Source: an uncultured archaeon (GTDB lineage Archaea; Thermoplasmatota; Penumbrarchaeia; JASLWR01). Taken from it: 64,000 bases of DNA. Below the pieces are notes generated by a model. It worked only from the letters and a program-made list of their open reading frames with translations. It did not search any database and had not been told where the DNA came from. The number at the start of each line of letters is the position of its first letter. Within the stretch, counting starts at the first letter, position 1. A program made the translations under genes and the position numbers. Of the stretch, positions 1-8,564 are shown one piece after another. The stretch covers positions 32,001 to 96,000 of the forward strand of contig CAYFHS010000013.1 of the NCBI GenBank assembly GCA_964342815.1, written 5' to 3'.

Positions 1-1
1 A

Positions 2-328
2 GTAAAAAATAAGATTGAATATGAAAAATTGTATGGGACAATTGGTAAATCTCAAAATAATAAAAGGGAAAAATCGAGTGAACGCCTTAAAGAATTAGCC
101 CGGTATAGAAATGAACGAGAAGCGCGTGAAAGAAAAGAAAGTGCCGAATTAGAAAATATGGATAATTTACAGGAACAGTTGATTGAATTTGAGACGGATA
201 AAAGTTGTTCGGAAAAACAAGCCGATGAAAACATGTCCGATCAACAATTTAATGGGTCGAAAACTGACGAGCCGAAAATTAAAGAGCTAAGTGATGATAC
301 GTGGGATTGGTTGGATGAACCGGATTAA
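2..328 (+). CDS. C-terminal fragment of a hypothetical protein (open from the window edge), charged low-complexity tail
   Basis: Frame +2 is open from base 2 (VKNKIEYEKLYG...) to TAA at 326-328; AT-rich, Glu/Lys-rich; no motif recognised. Confidence 0.55.
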   Translation, partial: VKNKIEYEKLYGTIGKSQNNKREKSSERLKELARYRNEREARERKESAELENMDNLQEQLIEFETDKSCSEKQADENMSDQQFNGSKTDEPKIKELSDDTWDWLDEPD

Positions 329-446
329 GGACAAAATTCGAAGTCCCCACTTTGAATAATGTAACCATCGAGCCCCTTAGATTTTTTTTTTACTTTTTAT
401 CTTTAAACCGCAAAGAATAAATTGTATATCTCAGGTAGCGCAAACC

Positions 447-1040
447 ATGGAAAGAAAGAACGTCAGGATCCACGAGACCGCGGAAGTATCCGACGAGGCC
501 GTTATCGGCGAGGGGACCAGCATATGGCATTACTGCCAGATACGCGAGAGGGTTTCCATCGGTAAGAACTGCAATTTCGGTAAAGGAGTGTATGTGGATT
601 TTGACGTCGTCATGGGAGATAACGTGAAAGCCCAGAACCGGGTGAACATCTACCACGGCGTCGTCATCGAGGACGACGTTTTCCTGGGACCTTCCATGAC
701 CTTCACCAATGATATGTTTCCAAGATCATTCATAGACGATTTCGCAGTTTACAAGACACTGGTGAAAAAGGGGGCTTCAATTGGAGCCAACGCAACCATC
801 ATCTGCGGGATCACAATTGGTAGATACGCAATGGTGGGTGCCGGAGCGGTGGTAACGAAGGACGTGCCCGATCACGCTCTGGTTCTGGGCAATCCCGCGC
901 GGATAGTAGGATTCGTATGCACCTGCGGCAGGAAAGCCGAATTTTCCCGAGACATAAATGATGGAAAGGTAGAAATGAAATGCGGCAAATGCGGCAAGAT
1001 AATCGAAATCGAGAAACCTGCGTACGAAAACCGAAAATAG
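447..1040 (+). CDS. Hexapeptide-repeat (LbH) NDP-sugar N-acetyltransferase, WbpD/WlbB-like, with C-terminal Zn ribbon
   Basis: IHETAEV...IGEGTSIWH, FTNDMFPRS, GASIGANATIICGITIG...VGAGAVVTKDVP...GNPAR; CTCG...CGKCG tail; directly upstream of a DegT aminotransferase. Confidence 0.87.
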   Translation: MERKNVRIHETAEVSDEAVIGEGTSIWHYCQIRERVSIGKNCNFGKGVYVDFDVVMGDNVKAQNRVNIYHGVVIEDDVFLGPSMTFTNDMFPRSFIDDFAVYKTLVKKGASIGANATIICGITIGRYAMVGAGAVVTKDVPDHALVLGNPARIVGFVCTCGRKAEFSRDINDGKVEMKCGKCGKIIEIEKPAYENRK

Positions 1041-1054
1041 TTTGAGGAATGTGA

Positions 1055-2122
1055 ATGATAAGCAATGTAAGCATCAAGATCAACGAGGCTGCGGTGGCTG
1101 CCGTGGTGGAAGTACTGCGTTCAGGGTATCTGGTCCAGGGACCGAAGGTAAAGCAGTTCGAGGAGGATTTTGCGGCATACTGCGGTGCGAAATATGCAGT
1201 GGCGGTTTCGAACGGGACCACCGGGCTTCACCTAGCCCTTTTGGCTCTAGGGGTCGAGCGGGGCGACGAGGTGATTACCACACCGTTCACCTTCATAGCT
1301 TCCGGGACCTCGATACTGTTCGTTGACGCAAAACCGGTGTTCGTGGACATCGATCCGAAGACCTTCAATCTCGATCCCGAACTGATAGAGGCGGCCATCA
1401 CCGATCGGACCAAAGCCATCATGCCGATTCACCTTTACGGACAAAGTGCCGAGATGGGCCGCATAATGGAGATCGCGGAGAAGCATGATCTTGCGGTACT
1501 GGAAGATGCCTGCCAGTCGCACGGCGCCGAGTACAATGGGAAAAAGGTGGGTGCCATTGGCGATGCAGGTGTTTTCAGTTTTTATCCGACAAAGAACATG
1601 ACCACGGGAGAGGGGGGAATGATCACCACCAATGACCAGCATGTGATGGAAATCCTTAAATTACTTCGCAACCACGGACAGGAATCACGTTATTCCCACG
1701 TACTGCGGGGCTTCAACTTCAGACTTACGGACATCGGTGCGGCCATCGGCATCGAGGAACTTAAACTGCTGGAAGGGAGAAGCAAAAAGAGGATAGCGAA
1801 CGCGAAATACCTCTCGGAGCGCCTGGCTGATGTGGTGGAAATTCCATACATAGCGCCCGGAAGACGCCACGTGTTTCACCAGTACACAATTATGACGGAC
1901 AGACGGGATGATCTGATCAAATCGCTCCAAGAGCATGAAGTGGGTCACGGGATATATTATCCGAAGCCTCTGTATGCTTTCAAACCCTTTGAGAACTTTG
2001 ATACTACGAAGCTACCCGTGACCGAGGAACTTATCAAAAAGGTTTTATCACTGCCGGTTCACCAGGACCTGACACGGGAAGACCTCGATACCATTGTTAA
2101 AGCGGTAAGGAACGCTTTTTAG
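1055..2122 (+). CDS. DegT/DnrJ/EryC1/StrS family PLP-dependent sugar aminotransferase
   Basis: GPKVKQFE, AVSNGTTGLHLAL, VITTPFTFIAS, PIHLYGQ, EDACQSHGA, FSFYPTKNMTTGEGGM (PLP lysine), GFNFRLTD. Confidence 0.93.
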   Translation: MISNVSIKINEAAVAAVVEVLRSGYLVQGPKVKQFEEDFAAYCGAKYAVAVSNGTTGLHLALLALGVERGDEVITTPFTFIASGTSILFVDAKPVFVDIDPKTFNLDPELIEAAITDRTKAIMPIHLYGQSAEMGRIMEIAEKHDLAVLEDACQSHGAEYNGKKVGAIGDAGVFSFYPTKNMTTGEGGMITTNDQHVMEILKLLRNHGQESRYSHVLRGFNFRLTDIGAAIGIEELKLLEGRSKKRIANAKYLSERLADVVEIPYIAPGRRHVFHQYTIMTDRRDDLIKSLQEHEVGHGIYYPKPLYAFKPFENFDTTKLPVTEELIKKVLSLPVHQDLTREDLDTIVKAVRNAF

Positions 2123-2144
2123 TTACTAAGGAATTCTTACTATA

Positions 2145-2243
2145 GAGGGCCGGGGGCCGTAAGGCGTGCACCGGCCCGATATAAAAATATTAAACATAAT
2201 TAAAAAGGAGGCCGACGGCCTCCGGGTCGGTATTTCGCCGACC
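2145..2243 (+). repeat. Three-hairpin intergenic element, copy 1 (HP1 GAGGGCC..GGCCCG, A-tract, HP2 GGAGGC..GCCTCC, HP3 GGTCGG..CCGACC)
   Basis: Read directly; same layout at 8432-8528 (-), 33150-33240 (+) and partly at 28610-28702 (+). Confidence 0.8.
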
Positions 2244-2281
2244 AATATTTTTCAGAATGTTAATTTTATAGGGTCGTAGAC

Positions 2282-2317
2282 GAGACCGATGCATGCCCTG
2301 TACGGGCCCTCGGTCTC
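2282..2317. repeat. Additional GC-rich inverted repeat (GAGACCGA...TCGGTCTC with inner GCCC/GGGC stem)
   Basis: Perfect 8-bp outer arms and a 4-bp inner stem in the intergenic region. Confidence 0.6.
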
Positions 2318-2443
2318 TTTGGAGAAGATTATGGTGCCGAATCCCATCGAATTGTCTACATGTACCGCATACCTTTTTTCACCCATCCGCTCAGTCCTTT
2401 CGGTAAATATAAATAACCGCTAATTAATAGTCCCCCTGATAGC

Positions 2444-3538
2444 ATGCAGATAGGATTTCTTTTCAGCAAGATATGGAAATTCCTTGCGATTTTCATATTC
2501 GTCCTGCTTATAAGTTCTCTACTATTCTATCAGTTCGAGTACGTTCCGGAAGATGAGCGTGGAGACAGCTACAGCGGTCCCGAAGACATATACGATTCGT
2601 TCTGGTACGGGATAGTTACTCTATCAACTGTAGGTTATGGAGACCGCTTTCCCGTGACCTCCGAGGGAAAGATAGCGGCATTGTTCCTGGTAATCTTCAC
2701 CTTCACATTTCTGGGAGCCATGATAGGCATGGTCAGCGATGCGGTGATGGAGGCTCGTAAAAGGGAGGAGTTAGGCATGGAAGGCACTAAGTTCAAAAAG
2801 CACATAGTGATATGCGGCTGGACTAGCATTTCGAGGGTCAGCCTCGAGGAACTGCTGGTGGCCGATCAGAACGTGGTAGTGATAACGAACGATCAGAACG
2901 AGATTCCCAAGGTACGGGATATGGGCAGCAAAAAGAACCTCTTCGTGGTCTTCGGACAGTACAGCAACAGGAAAGTCCTCAACCGGGCCAACGTTAAATA
3001 TGCGAGAACGGTGATAGTTGCCACCGGGGACGACACGGAAACGCTGATCGCTTCACTCACAATCAAGAGCCTGAATCCCAATGTCCGATTGATCGTATCC
3101 ATATCCGAGGAGGAGTTGAAAAAGACCCTGTACTCGGCTGGCGTCACCTACGTCAGCTCACCATCCGAGCTCACCGGAAGGTTAGTTGCAAGCGCGGCTT
3201 TCGAGCCGGAAGTGGCCCTGTTCGTGGAGGATATAACATCTGCCACGGCGGGTTATGATCTCCAGCAGTACACCGTGGCTGAAGGTTCGTTCGCCAAGGG
3301 TATGACGGTAAAAAAATTCAGGGAAAAGATGGCGGGTATTGCCGGGCCGCTTCTGGTGGGTGTCGCGATTTATAAGCCAAAAACGGGAGAGAAAGCCGAA
3401 AGTCCAAGTAACTGGGCTTTGAGGCCCAATCCGGACAGCGATCTGAAGCTGAAGAAGAACGATATTATCATAGTTCTTGGCGATGACGATCAGAATGACA
3501 AATTGTTCAAAATGATCAAAACACCGCAGGGACGATGA
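2444..3538 (+). CDS. Two-TM potassium channel with RCK (TrkA-N) gating domain, MthK-like
   Basis: Pore helix and filter SFWYGIVTLSTVGYGD flanked by two TM helices; HIVICGW Rossmann start; RANVKYARTVIV; YVSSPSELTGRLVA. Confidence 0.93.
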   Translation: MQIGFLFSKIWKFLAIFIFVLLISSLLFYQFEYVPEDERGDSYSGPEDIYDSFWYGIVTLSTVGYGDRFPVTSEGKIAALFLVIFTFTFLGAMIGMVSDAVMEARKREELGMEGTKFKKHIVICGWTSISRVSLEELLVADQNVVVITNDQNEIPKVRDMGSKKNLFVVFGQYSNRKVLNRANVKYARTVIVATGDDTETLIASLTIKSLNPNVRLIVSISEEELKKTLYSAGVTYVSSPSELTGRLVASAAFEPEVALFVEDITSATAGYDLQQYTVAEGSFAKGMTVKKFREKMAGIAGPLLVGVAIYKPKTGEKAESPSNWALRPNPDSDLKLKKNDIIIVLGDDDQNDKLFKMIKTPQGR

Positions 3539-3573
3539 AGCTGCTGCCACACCACTAAGGGATTTTTTTACTA

Positions 3574-3783
3574 CTAATATCGGTCATTCTCATCCCTTAT
3601 CCCTTCCTTCGATATCTCGCCGTACCTGCCCTTCATTTCTCTGATATTCCCGACAGGAATGATGTGAATGATACCGTTCTTCTCTCCTATGACCACCTTT
3701 TCACCAGGATGAATGCTGATACGTTCACGTATTGCTGCGGGGATGACGACCTGATATTTGGGTGAAACAGTTGCAGTTTCCAT
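3574..3783 (-). CDS. AbrB/MazE/SpoVT-family DNA-binding protein (VapB-type antitoxin), no adjacent toxin
   Basis: TVSPKYQVVIPAAIRERISIHPGEKV swapped-hairpin signature; C-terminal IRDENDR typical of archaeal VapB. Confidence 0.85.
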   Translation of the reverse strand: METATVSPKYQVVIPAAIRERISIHPGEKVVIGEKNGIIHIIPVGNIREMKGRYGEISKEGIRDENDRY

Positions 3784-3984
3784 TTCATTACCGTTAAAGA
3801 TAATTGTAATCGATATTAGTTTAATTTTCCGAATGATTCTCGGAAATTGTTAGAATCGATGTTATAAAGATTCATACAGACTAAATTATTCGTGTAGGAT
3901 ATTCGAGTATACTCTCTATGTTTTATCCCAAATATTACTACTATACTCGAAACCTATATAAAGAACAAACAATATATCTATAAT

Positions 3985-5283
3985 ATGCTTCTCGTAAAGG
4001 AGACTGTAGGACATATAATAATGGAAATGAACCATTGGTGGATACGGGGGTCGGTATCGAGTGATTTTACCGGGATTCCAAGAAAAATGTATTCCAGTCA
4101 GTTACAGGAATCATTGAACATACAAGAAATTATCATACTTACGGGGATGCGCCGAACAGGCAAGACAACAATGATGTACCAGCTAATCCAACATCTCATT
4201 CAAATGAATGTAGATCCATTTAGGATTTTATATGTCCAATTCGACCACCCTTTACTGAAAAACCTGGATATATCCGATCTAATAAGGCAGCACAGAGTAG
4301 ATCACGGCATATCGAAAAAGGAGATCCTCTATGTATTTTTCGATGAGATTCATTACCTGGAGGATTGGGCTCAATGGGTAAAGGTTATCTATGATCAAAA
4401 ACAGGTGAAGATGTTCATAAGCGGTTCTTCAAAGGCCTTGCTGCTCCCAAAGGCCATGACCCATCTGTCCGGCAGATATCTCACCTACAATATATGGCCT
4501 CTTTTCTTTCCGGAATTCCTGGATTTTCGCAAATCGGAGCCTGAACCGGGGGATGAACACAGATACGTTTCCCTGGCGGAAGAATATCTCTCGACCGGAG
4601 GCTTTCCCCGCATCGTATTGGAGAAGAACGTGGAATTCCGGGGCCGACTAATGAGAGAATACTTCGACGGCATCGTATTCAAGGATATTGCAGCGGTTCA
4701 TGAGATAAGGGACATACGAACTCTCAGGGATCTGGCAGCATTCCTGGTTACGTCCTCGGGAAAACCCGTAAGTTTCAATAAACTGAAGAAGTCTTTCAAA
4801 TTATCCATCGATACCATAAGAGAATATATCTCGTATATAGAAGAATCTCATTTGATTGAAGAATTACCTGTGGCTTCCAGATCCAAGAACGAACGGGTGT
4901 ATAATCCGAAAAAATACTATGTGCTCGATCCCGGTATGCGGACGGCCCTGACCGGGGAAAAAGAAACCGGTCCGAGAGCGGAAACGGCACTGCATCTTCA
5001 TCTGAAACAATTGAAATTACCTCTCGGATACTGGAAACAGGTCCACGAGGTGGATTTTATCATTCAGGGAAAACCACTTATTGCGGTAGAGTGTAAATAC
5101 AAAAACGAGATAACAAAAAAGGATCTGAAATCTCTCGAAAAATGGCTGGCGAAGGAGAAAAAAGGAAAGGGCATCATCGTCACACGCGATCTGGAAGAGA
5201 CCATCGAGTTGGGCAAAAACACAGTGAGAGCATTACCCTTGTGGAAAGTTCTTCTTGATCCAAAGATACTATTACTCGACTAA
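3985..5283 (+). CDS. AAA+ ATP-binding protein (AAA_14 plus DUF4143, COG1373-like)
   Basis: Walker A GMRRTGKT, Walker B VFFDEIH, ISGSS, LSGR, GGFPRIV, KKYYVLDPG, EVDFII...AVECK; true start may be 4021. Confidence 0.88.
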   Translation: MLLVKETVGHIIMEMNHWWIRGSVSSDFTGIPRKMYSSQLQESLNIQEIIILTGMRRTGKTTMMYQLIQHLIQMNVDPFRILYVQFDHPLLKNLDISDLIRQHRVDHGISKKEILYVFFDEIHYLEDWAQWVKVIYDQKQVKMFISGSSKALLLPKAMTHLSGRYLTYNIWPLFFPEFLDFRKSEPEPGDEHRYVSLAEEYLSTGGFPRIVLEKNVEFRGRLMREYFDGIVFKDIAAVHEIRDIRTLRDLAAFLVTSSGKPVSFNKLKKSFKLSIDTIREYISYIEESHLIEELPVASRSKNERVYNPKKYYVLDPGMRTALTGEKETGPRAETALHLHLKQLKLPLGYWKQVHEVDFIIQGKPLIAVECKYKNEITKKDLKSLEKWLAKEKKGKGIIVTRDLEETIELGKNTVRALPLWKVLLDPKILLLD

Positions 5284-5328
5284 AAAAGGAAAAGATTGTT
5301 CTAAAATTATATATAATCTTACTCTCAT

Positions 5329-8300
5329 ATGTTCTTTTACTCGGAGTTGTTTCCAATGTCCCCTCCAAGAGCTATGGTGATAAGTCTTTTTCTTATTTTC
5401 ACATTCGTTTGTGGGATATTACCTCCCATGGGCGGGGAGCCTACCCCCCCGCAGAGTGATGGGGGGCGCTCCAGAGGGACTATAGTCGTAAATGCGTCAG
5501 GGGGCGGGGATTACACGCATATACAATGGGCGATTGATAATGCCAGTGACGGGGATACAATTAAGATCCACCCTGGCATCTATTATGAGAATCTTGTTAT
5601 AGATGTCAGTATCCAACTTGTCGGAACTTCAAAATTAAATACGATCATAGATGGTCAAGAACAAGATACATGCATTTTAGTACTGAATGATAGTGTAACA
5701 ATTATGAATGTTAACGTAATTAATAGCGGTAAAAATCGGGAGGATTCAGGCATAATGGTCTCAAAAAATGGGAAATGTATAGTTCGAAATTGTACAATAA
5801 ATAATCACCTTAGGGGAATTTGGTTGGGAGGTTGGAGGGGGGTTCACTTTCCCAAAATTAATAATACGATTGAAAATAATATCATTTCAAACAATAGTTT
5901 TGGCATTCTCTCTGAATACTCCGACTACAATCAAATAAATAACAATTCATGTTTCAATAATGGGATTGGAATATCATTGAATGATTCGAATAGGAATATT
6001 GTTGTAAATAATTCATGCTATCAAAATCGTTGGTATGGGATTTCGGCATTGGCGTCGAGTAATAATAATATTGTCAGAAATTTAGTTTATCAAAATAATA
6101 ACACTGGAATCAGTTCGTACTGGTCAAATAGTAATAGTCTCATTAACAATACTTTATCAAACAATGGTAATGGAATCCGTCTTGGTGGGACGAAGTTTCA
6201 CACTTTATACAATAATAAACTTGAAAATAATGGTATTACTCTCTCAGATAATGATGATCTAAATGAATTGCTTACACATACGATGGATGTTTCAAATTTG
6301 ATAAATGGGAAACCACTTTATTATTGGAAAAATGTAACTGGGGGATCGATTCCCAGCGGAGCAGGCCAAATAATCCTTGTAAACTGTTCGGAAGTGCTTG
6401 TAGAAAATCAAGAAATAAAAAACAGTTCGATAGGTATTTTCCTTGGTTACTCTTCAAGAAATACTATTTCACGTAACAAATGTTCCGATAATTCAAATGG
6501 AATTGAAAATTGTGGAATTCAACTTTGGTATTCAGATTATAACGTTGTTACAGAGAATACATTCAATTCGAATGCAGGTGATTATGCGGGGCATGGGATT
6601 CAATTGTTTTTTTCAAATAAAAACGACATCTCTAAAAACATATGTAATGAAAATGACATCAACGGTATCTCAATTCAATACTCAAATTACAACAACGTGA
6701 CAAACAACACTTGTAACAAAAATGGTTTTGAAGGCATTTATCTTTATAGTTCCATTATTAACACAATCTCTAACAGTACTTTTTTTTCAAATGAGCTATA
6801 TGCCATTTCGATAAATTATTTGTCAGAAGAGAATACAATTTTTTTAAATTCATTTATCGATAATAACAATGGTGGCGATCAAGCCTATGACAATGGTATC
6901 GGTAACAAATGGAACAGCTCGGATAAAGGAAATTATTGGTCTGATTGGAATAAACCGGATACGGATTCCGATGGCATTATTGATACCCCCTATATAATTG
7001 ATAGTAATTTAAACTCGAAAGATTATTACCCGCTTGTAGCACCACCACGGAATATCACGCCTATTGCAGACGCAGGGCATAGTGTAATAATAAACCAGCA
7101 TGAGGATGTGAGATTTAATAGTTCAAATACTATACACAGAAGACTGGTTATCAATTATACGTGGAGTTTTATTTATGACAATATCAATCAATCTCTCTAC
7201 GGACCATCACCATCGTTCACGTTTCACACCGCCGGGACATATGAAGTTCTACTTACGGTAATTGGCTGTTTTAGGCAAAACTCAAATGACACAGTTATCG
7301 TTAAGGTGTTGGACATTACATATCCCATAGCCAACGCTGGAAACGATACCATTATCGAAGTGTTCGGATCAATGCTTTTCAACGCCTCGAACAGTTCGGA
7401 TAATGTAGGGATTAGCGTATACCAGTGGAGATTCAGTTATGACAATGAAGAAAGGATTCTCTTTGGTGAAACAGTCTCCTTCGGTTTCGATAAATGCGGA
7501 GTTTATGTAGTAACACTGAATGTCAGAGATGAAGAGGGGAATTCAGCTTCAGATATCATAAACATAACAGTTATAGACGCAACAGCTCCCATTGCTGATG
7601 CTGGAGAAAATATTTCTATTCGCACAGGTGAAACAATTATTTTTGATGGAACCGATAGTACAGACAATGTAGGGATAATAAATTACACCTGGTCCTTTTA
7701 TTACAATCGAACGGATCAAAACCTTTATGGTTCTAAATCACAATTCAAATTTGAGATAGCTGGAAATTTTTCAGTTACTTTGCATGTAAGAGACGCAATA
7801 GGTCTGTGGGACGTTGATTCCATAGGGATAAATGTGATTGATAACGAGAAACCTAATGCAGATGCCGGAGAAGATGTTAACATAAATTCCAATGGTTCAG
7901 TCCATTTCCAGGGTAATGGAAGCTGGGACAATGAAGGTATTAAAAATTTCACCTGGACCTTTGAATACAATAATAGTATAATCACGTTATACGGCTCAAC
8001 TCCAAATTTCAGATTCGAGATACCTGGGAAATACAATGTAACATTAAGAGTAACAGATATTGAAGGGAATATGGGAACCGATTCATTAATTGTAATCGTC
8101 CACCCAGATAAGGTTATTCCTTCTGATGATGATGATGACGTTAGTCCGACAGATGATGATATTGATCCTACTAATGATGATGTTGATCCGAACGACGGTT
8201 CTGATGCCAGAGAGTCGGGTTCCGGAATTCCCGTATGGGTCTGGATACTCCTGTTCTTTTTTATAGTCGCTATCATTACTGTATTAGTCTTTCTTATCAG

Positions 8301-8388
8301 GAACCCGAATGTGATAGAGAATGAAAAATCTTCAGAAGATTATTTGGGAAGGGTTGAGAAATCCGAAGAATCGGAAATAGAAAAATGA
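5329..8388 (+). CDS. Membrane-anchored surface protein: right-handed beta-helix (NosD/CASH), about 4 PKD domains, acidic linker, C-terminal TM
   Basis: Signal peptide; IVVNASGGGDYTHIQWAIDNA; Asn-rich NNxIxxN repeats; GNYWSDW..PDTDSDGIIDTPY; PIADAG...SxDNVGI..YxW repeats; TM near C-terminus; AT-rich. Confidence 0.87.
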   Translation: MFFYSELFPMSPPRAMVISLFLIFTFVCGILPPMGGEPTPPQSDGGRSRGTIVVNASGGGDYTHIQWAIDNASDGDTIKIHPGIYYENLVIDVSIQLVGTSKLNTIIDGQEQDTCILVLNDSVTIMNVNVINSGKNREDSGIMVSKNGKCIVRNCTINNHLRGIWLGGWRGVHFPKINNTIENNIISNNSFGILSEYSDYNQINNNSCFNNGIGISLNDSNRNIVVNNSCYQNRWYGISALASSNNNIVRNLVYQNNNTGISSYWSNSNSLINNTLSNNGNGIRLGGTKFHTLYNNKLENNGITLSDNDDLNELLTHTMDVSNLINGKPLYYWKNVTGGSIPSGAGQIILVNCSEVLVENQEIKNSSIGIFLGYSSRNTISRNKCSDNSNGIENCGIQLWYSDYNVVTENTFNSNAGDYAGHGIQLFFSNKNDISKNICNENDINGISIQYSNYNNVTNNTCNKNGFEGIYLYSSIINTISNSTFFSNELYAISINYLSEENTIFLNSFIDNNNGGDQAYDNGIGNKWNSSDKGNYWSDWNKPDTDSDGIIDTPYIIDSNLNSKDYYPLVAPPRNITPIADAGHSVIINQHEDVRFNSSNTIHRRLVINYTWSFIYDNINQSLYGPSPSFTFHTAGTYEVLLTVIGCFRQNSNDTVIVKVLDITYPIANAGNDTIIEVFGSMLFNASNSSDNVGISVYQWRFSYDNEERILFGETVSFGFDKCGVYVVTLNVRDEEGNSASDIINITVIDATAPIADAGENISIRTGETIIFDGTDSTDNVGIINYTWSFYYNRTDQNLYGSKSQFKFEIAGNFSVTLHVRDAIGLWDVDSIGINVIDNEKPNADAGEDVNINSNGSVHFQGNGSWDNEGIKNFTWTFEYNNSIITLYGSTPNFRFEIPGKYNVTLRVTDIEGNMGTDSLIVIVHPDKVIPSDDDDDVSPTDDDIDPTNDDVDPNDGSDARESGSGIPVWVWILLFFFIVAIITVLVFLIRNPNVIENEKSSEDYLGRVEKSEESEIEK

Positions 8389-8431
8389 TTTACGGCATCA
8401 TCCCAATCTATGGTCGGCATCTTCCTAAGAT

Positions 8432-8528
8432 GGTCGGTGTGTACCGACCTTGGAGGCAAAGCCTCCTTTATTACATTTTTTTTTATTTTGGGCTCGGGCC
8501 GCCGTTTGCCTGGGGGTCGGCGGCCCTC
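8432..8528 (-). repeat. Three-hairpin intergenic element, copy 2 (reverse orientation), between convergent genes
   Basis: Reverse complement reads GAGGGCCGCCG-N13-CGGCGGCCCG, A-tract, GGAGGC-TTT-GCCTCC, GGTCGG-N6-CCGACC. Confidence 0.82.
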
Positions 8529-8564
8529 TTTAGTTATTTTCAAATTCTAATATATTACAAAAGA

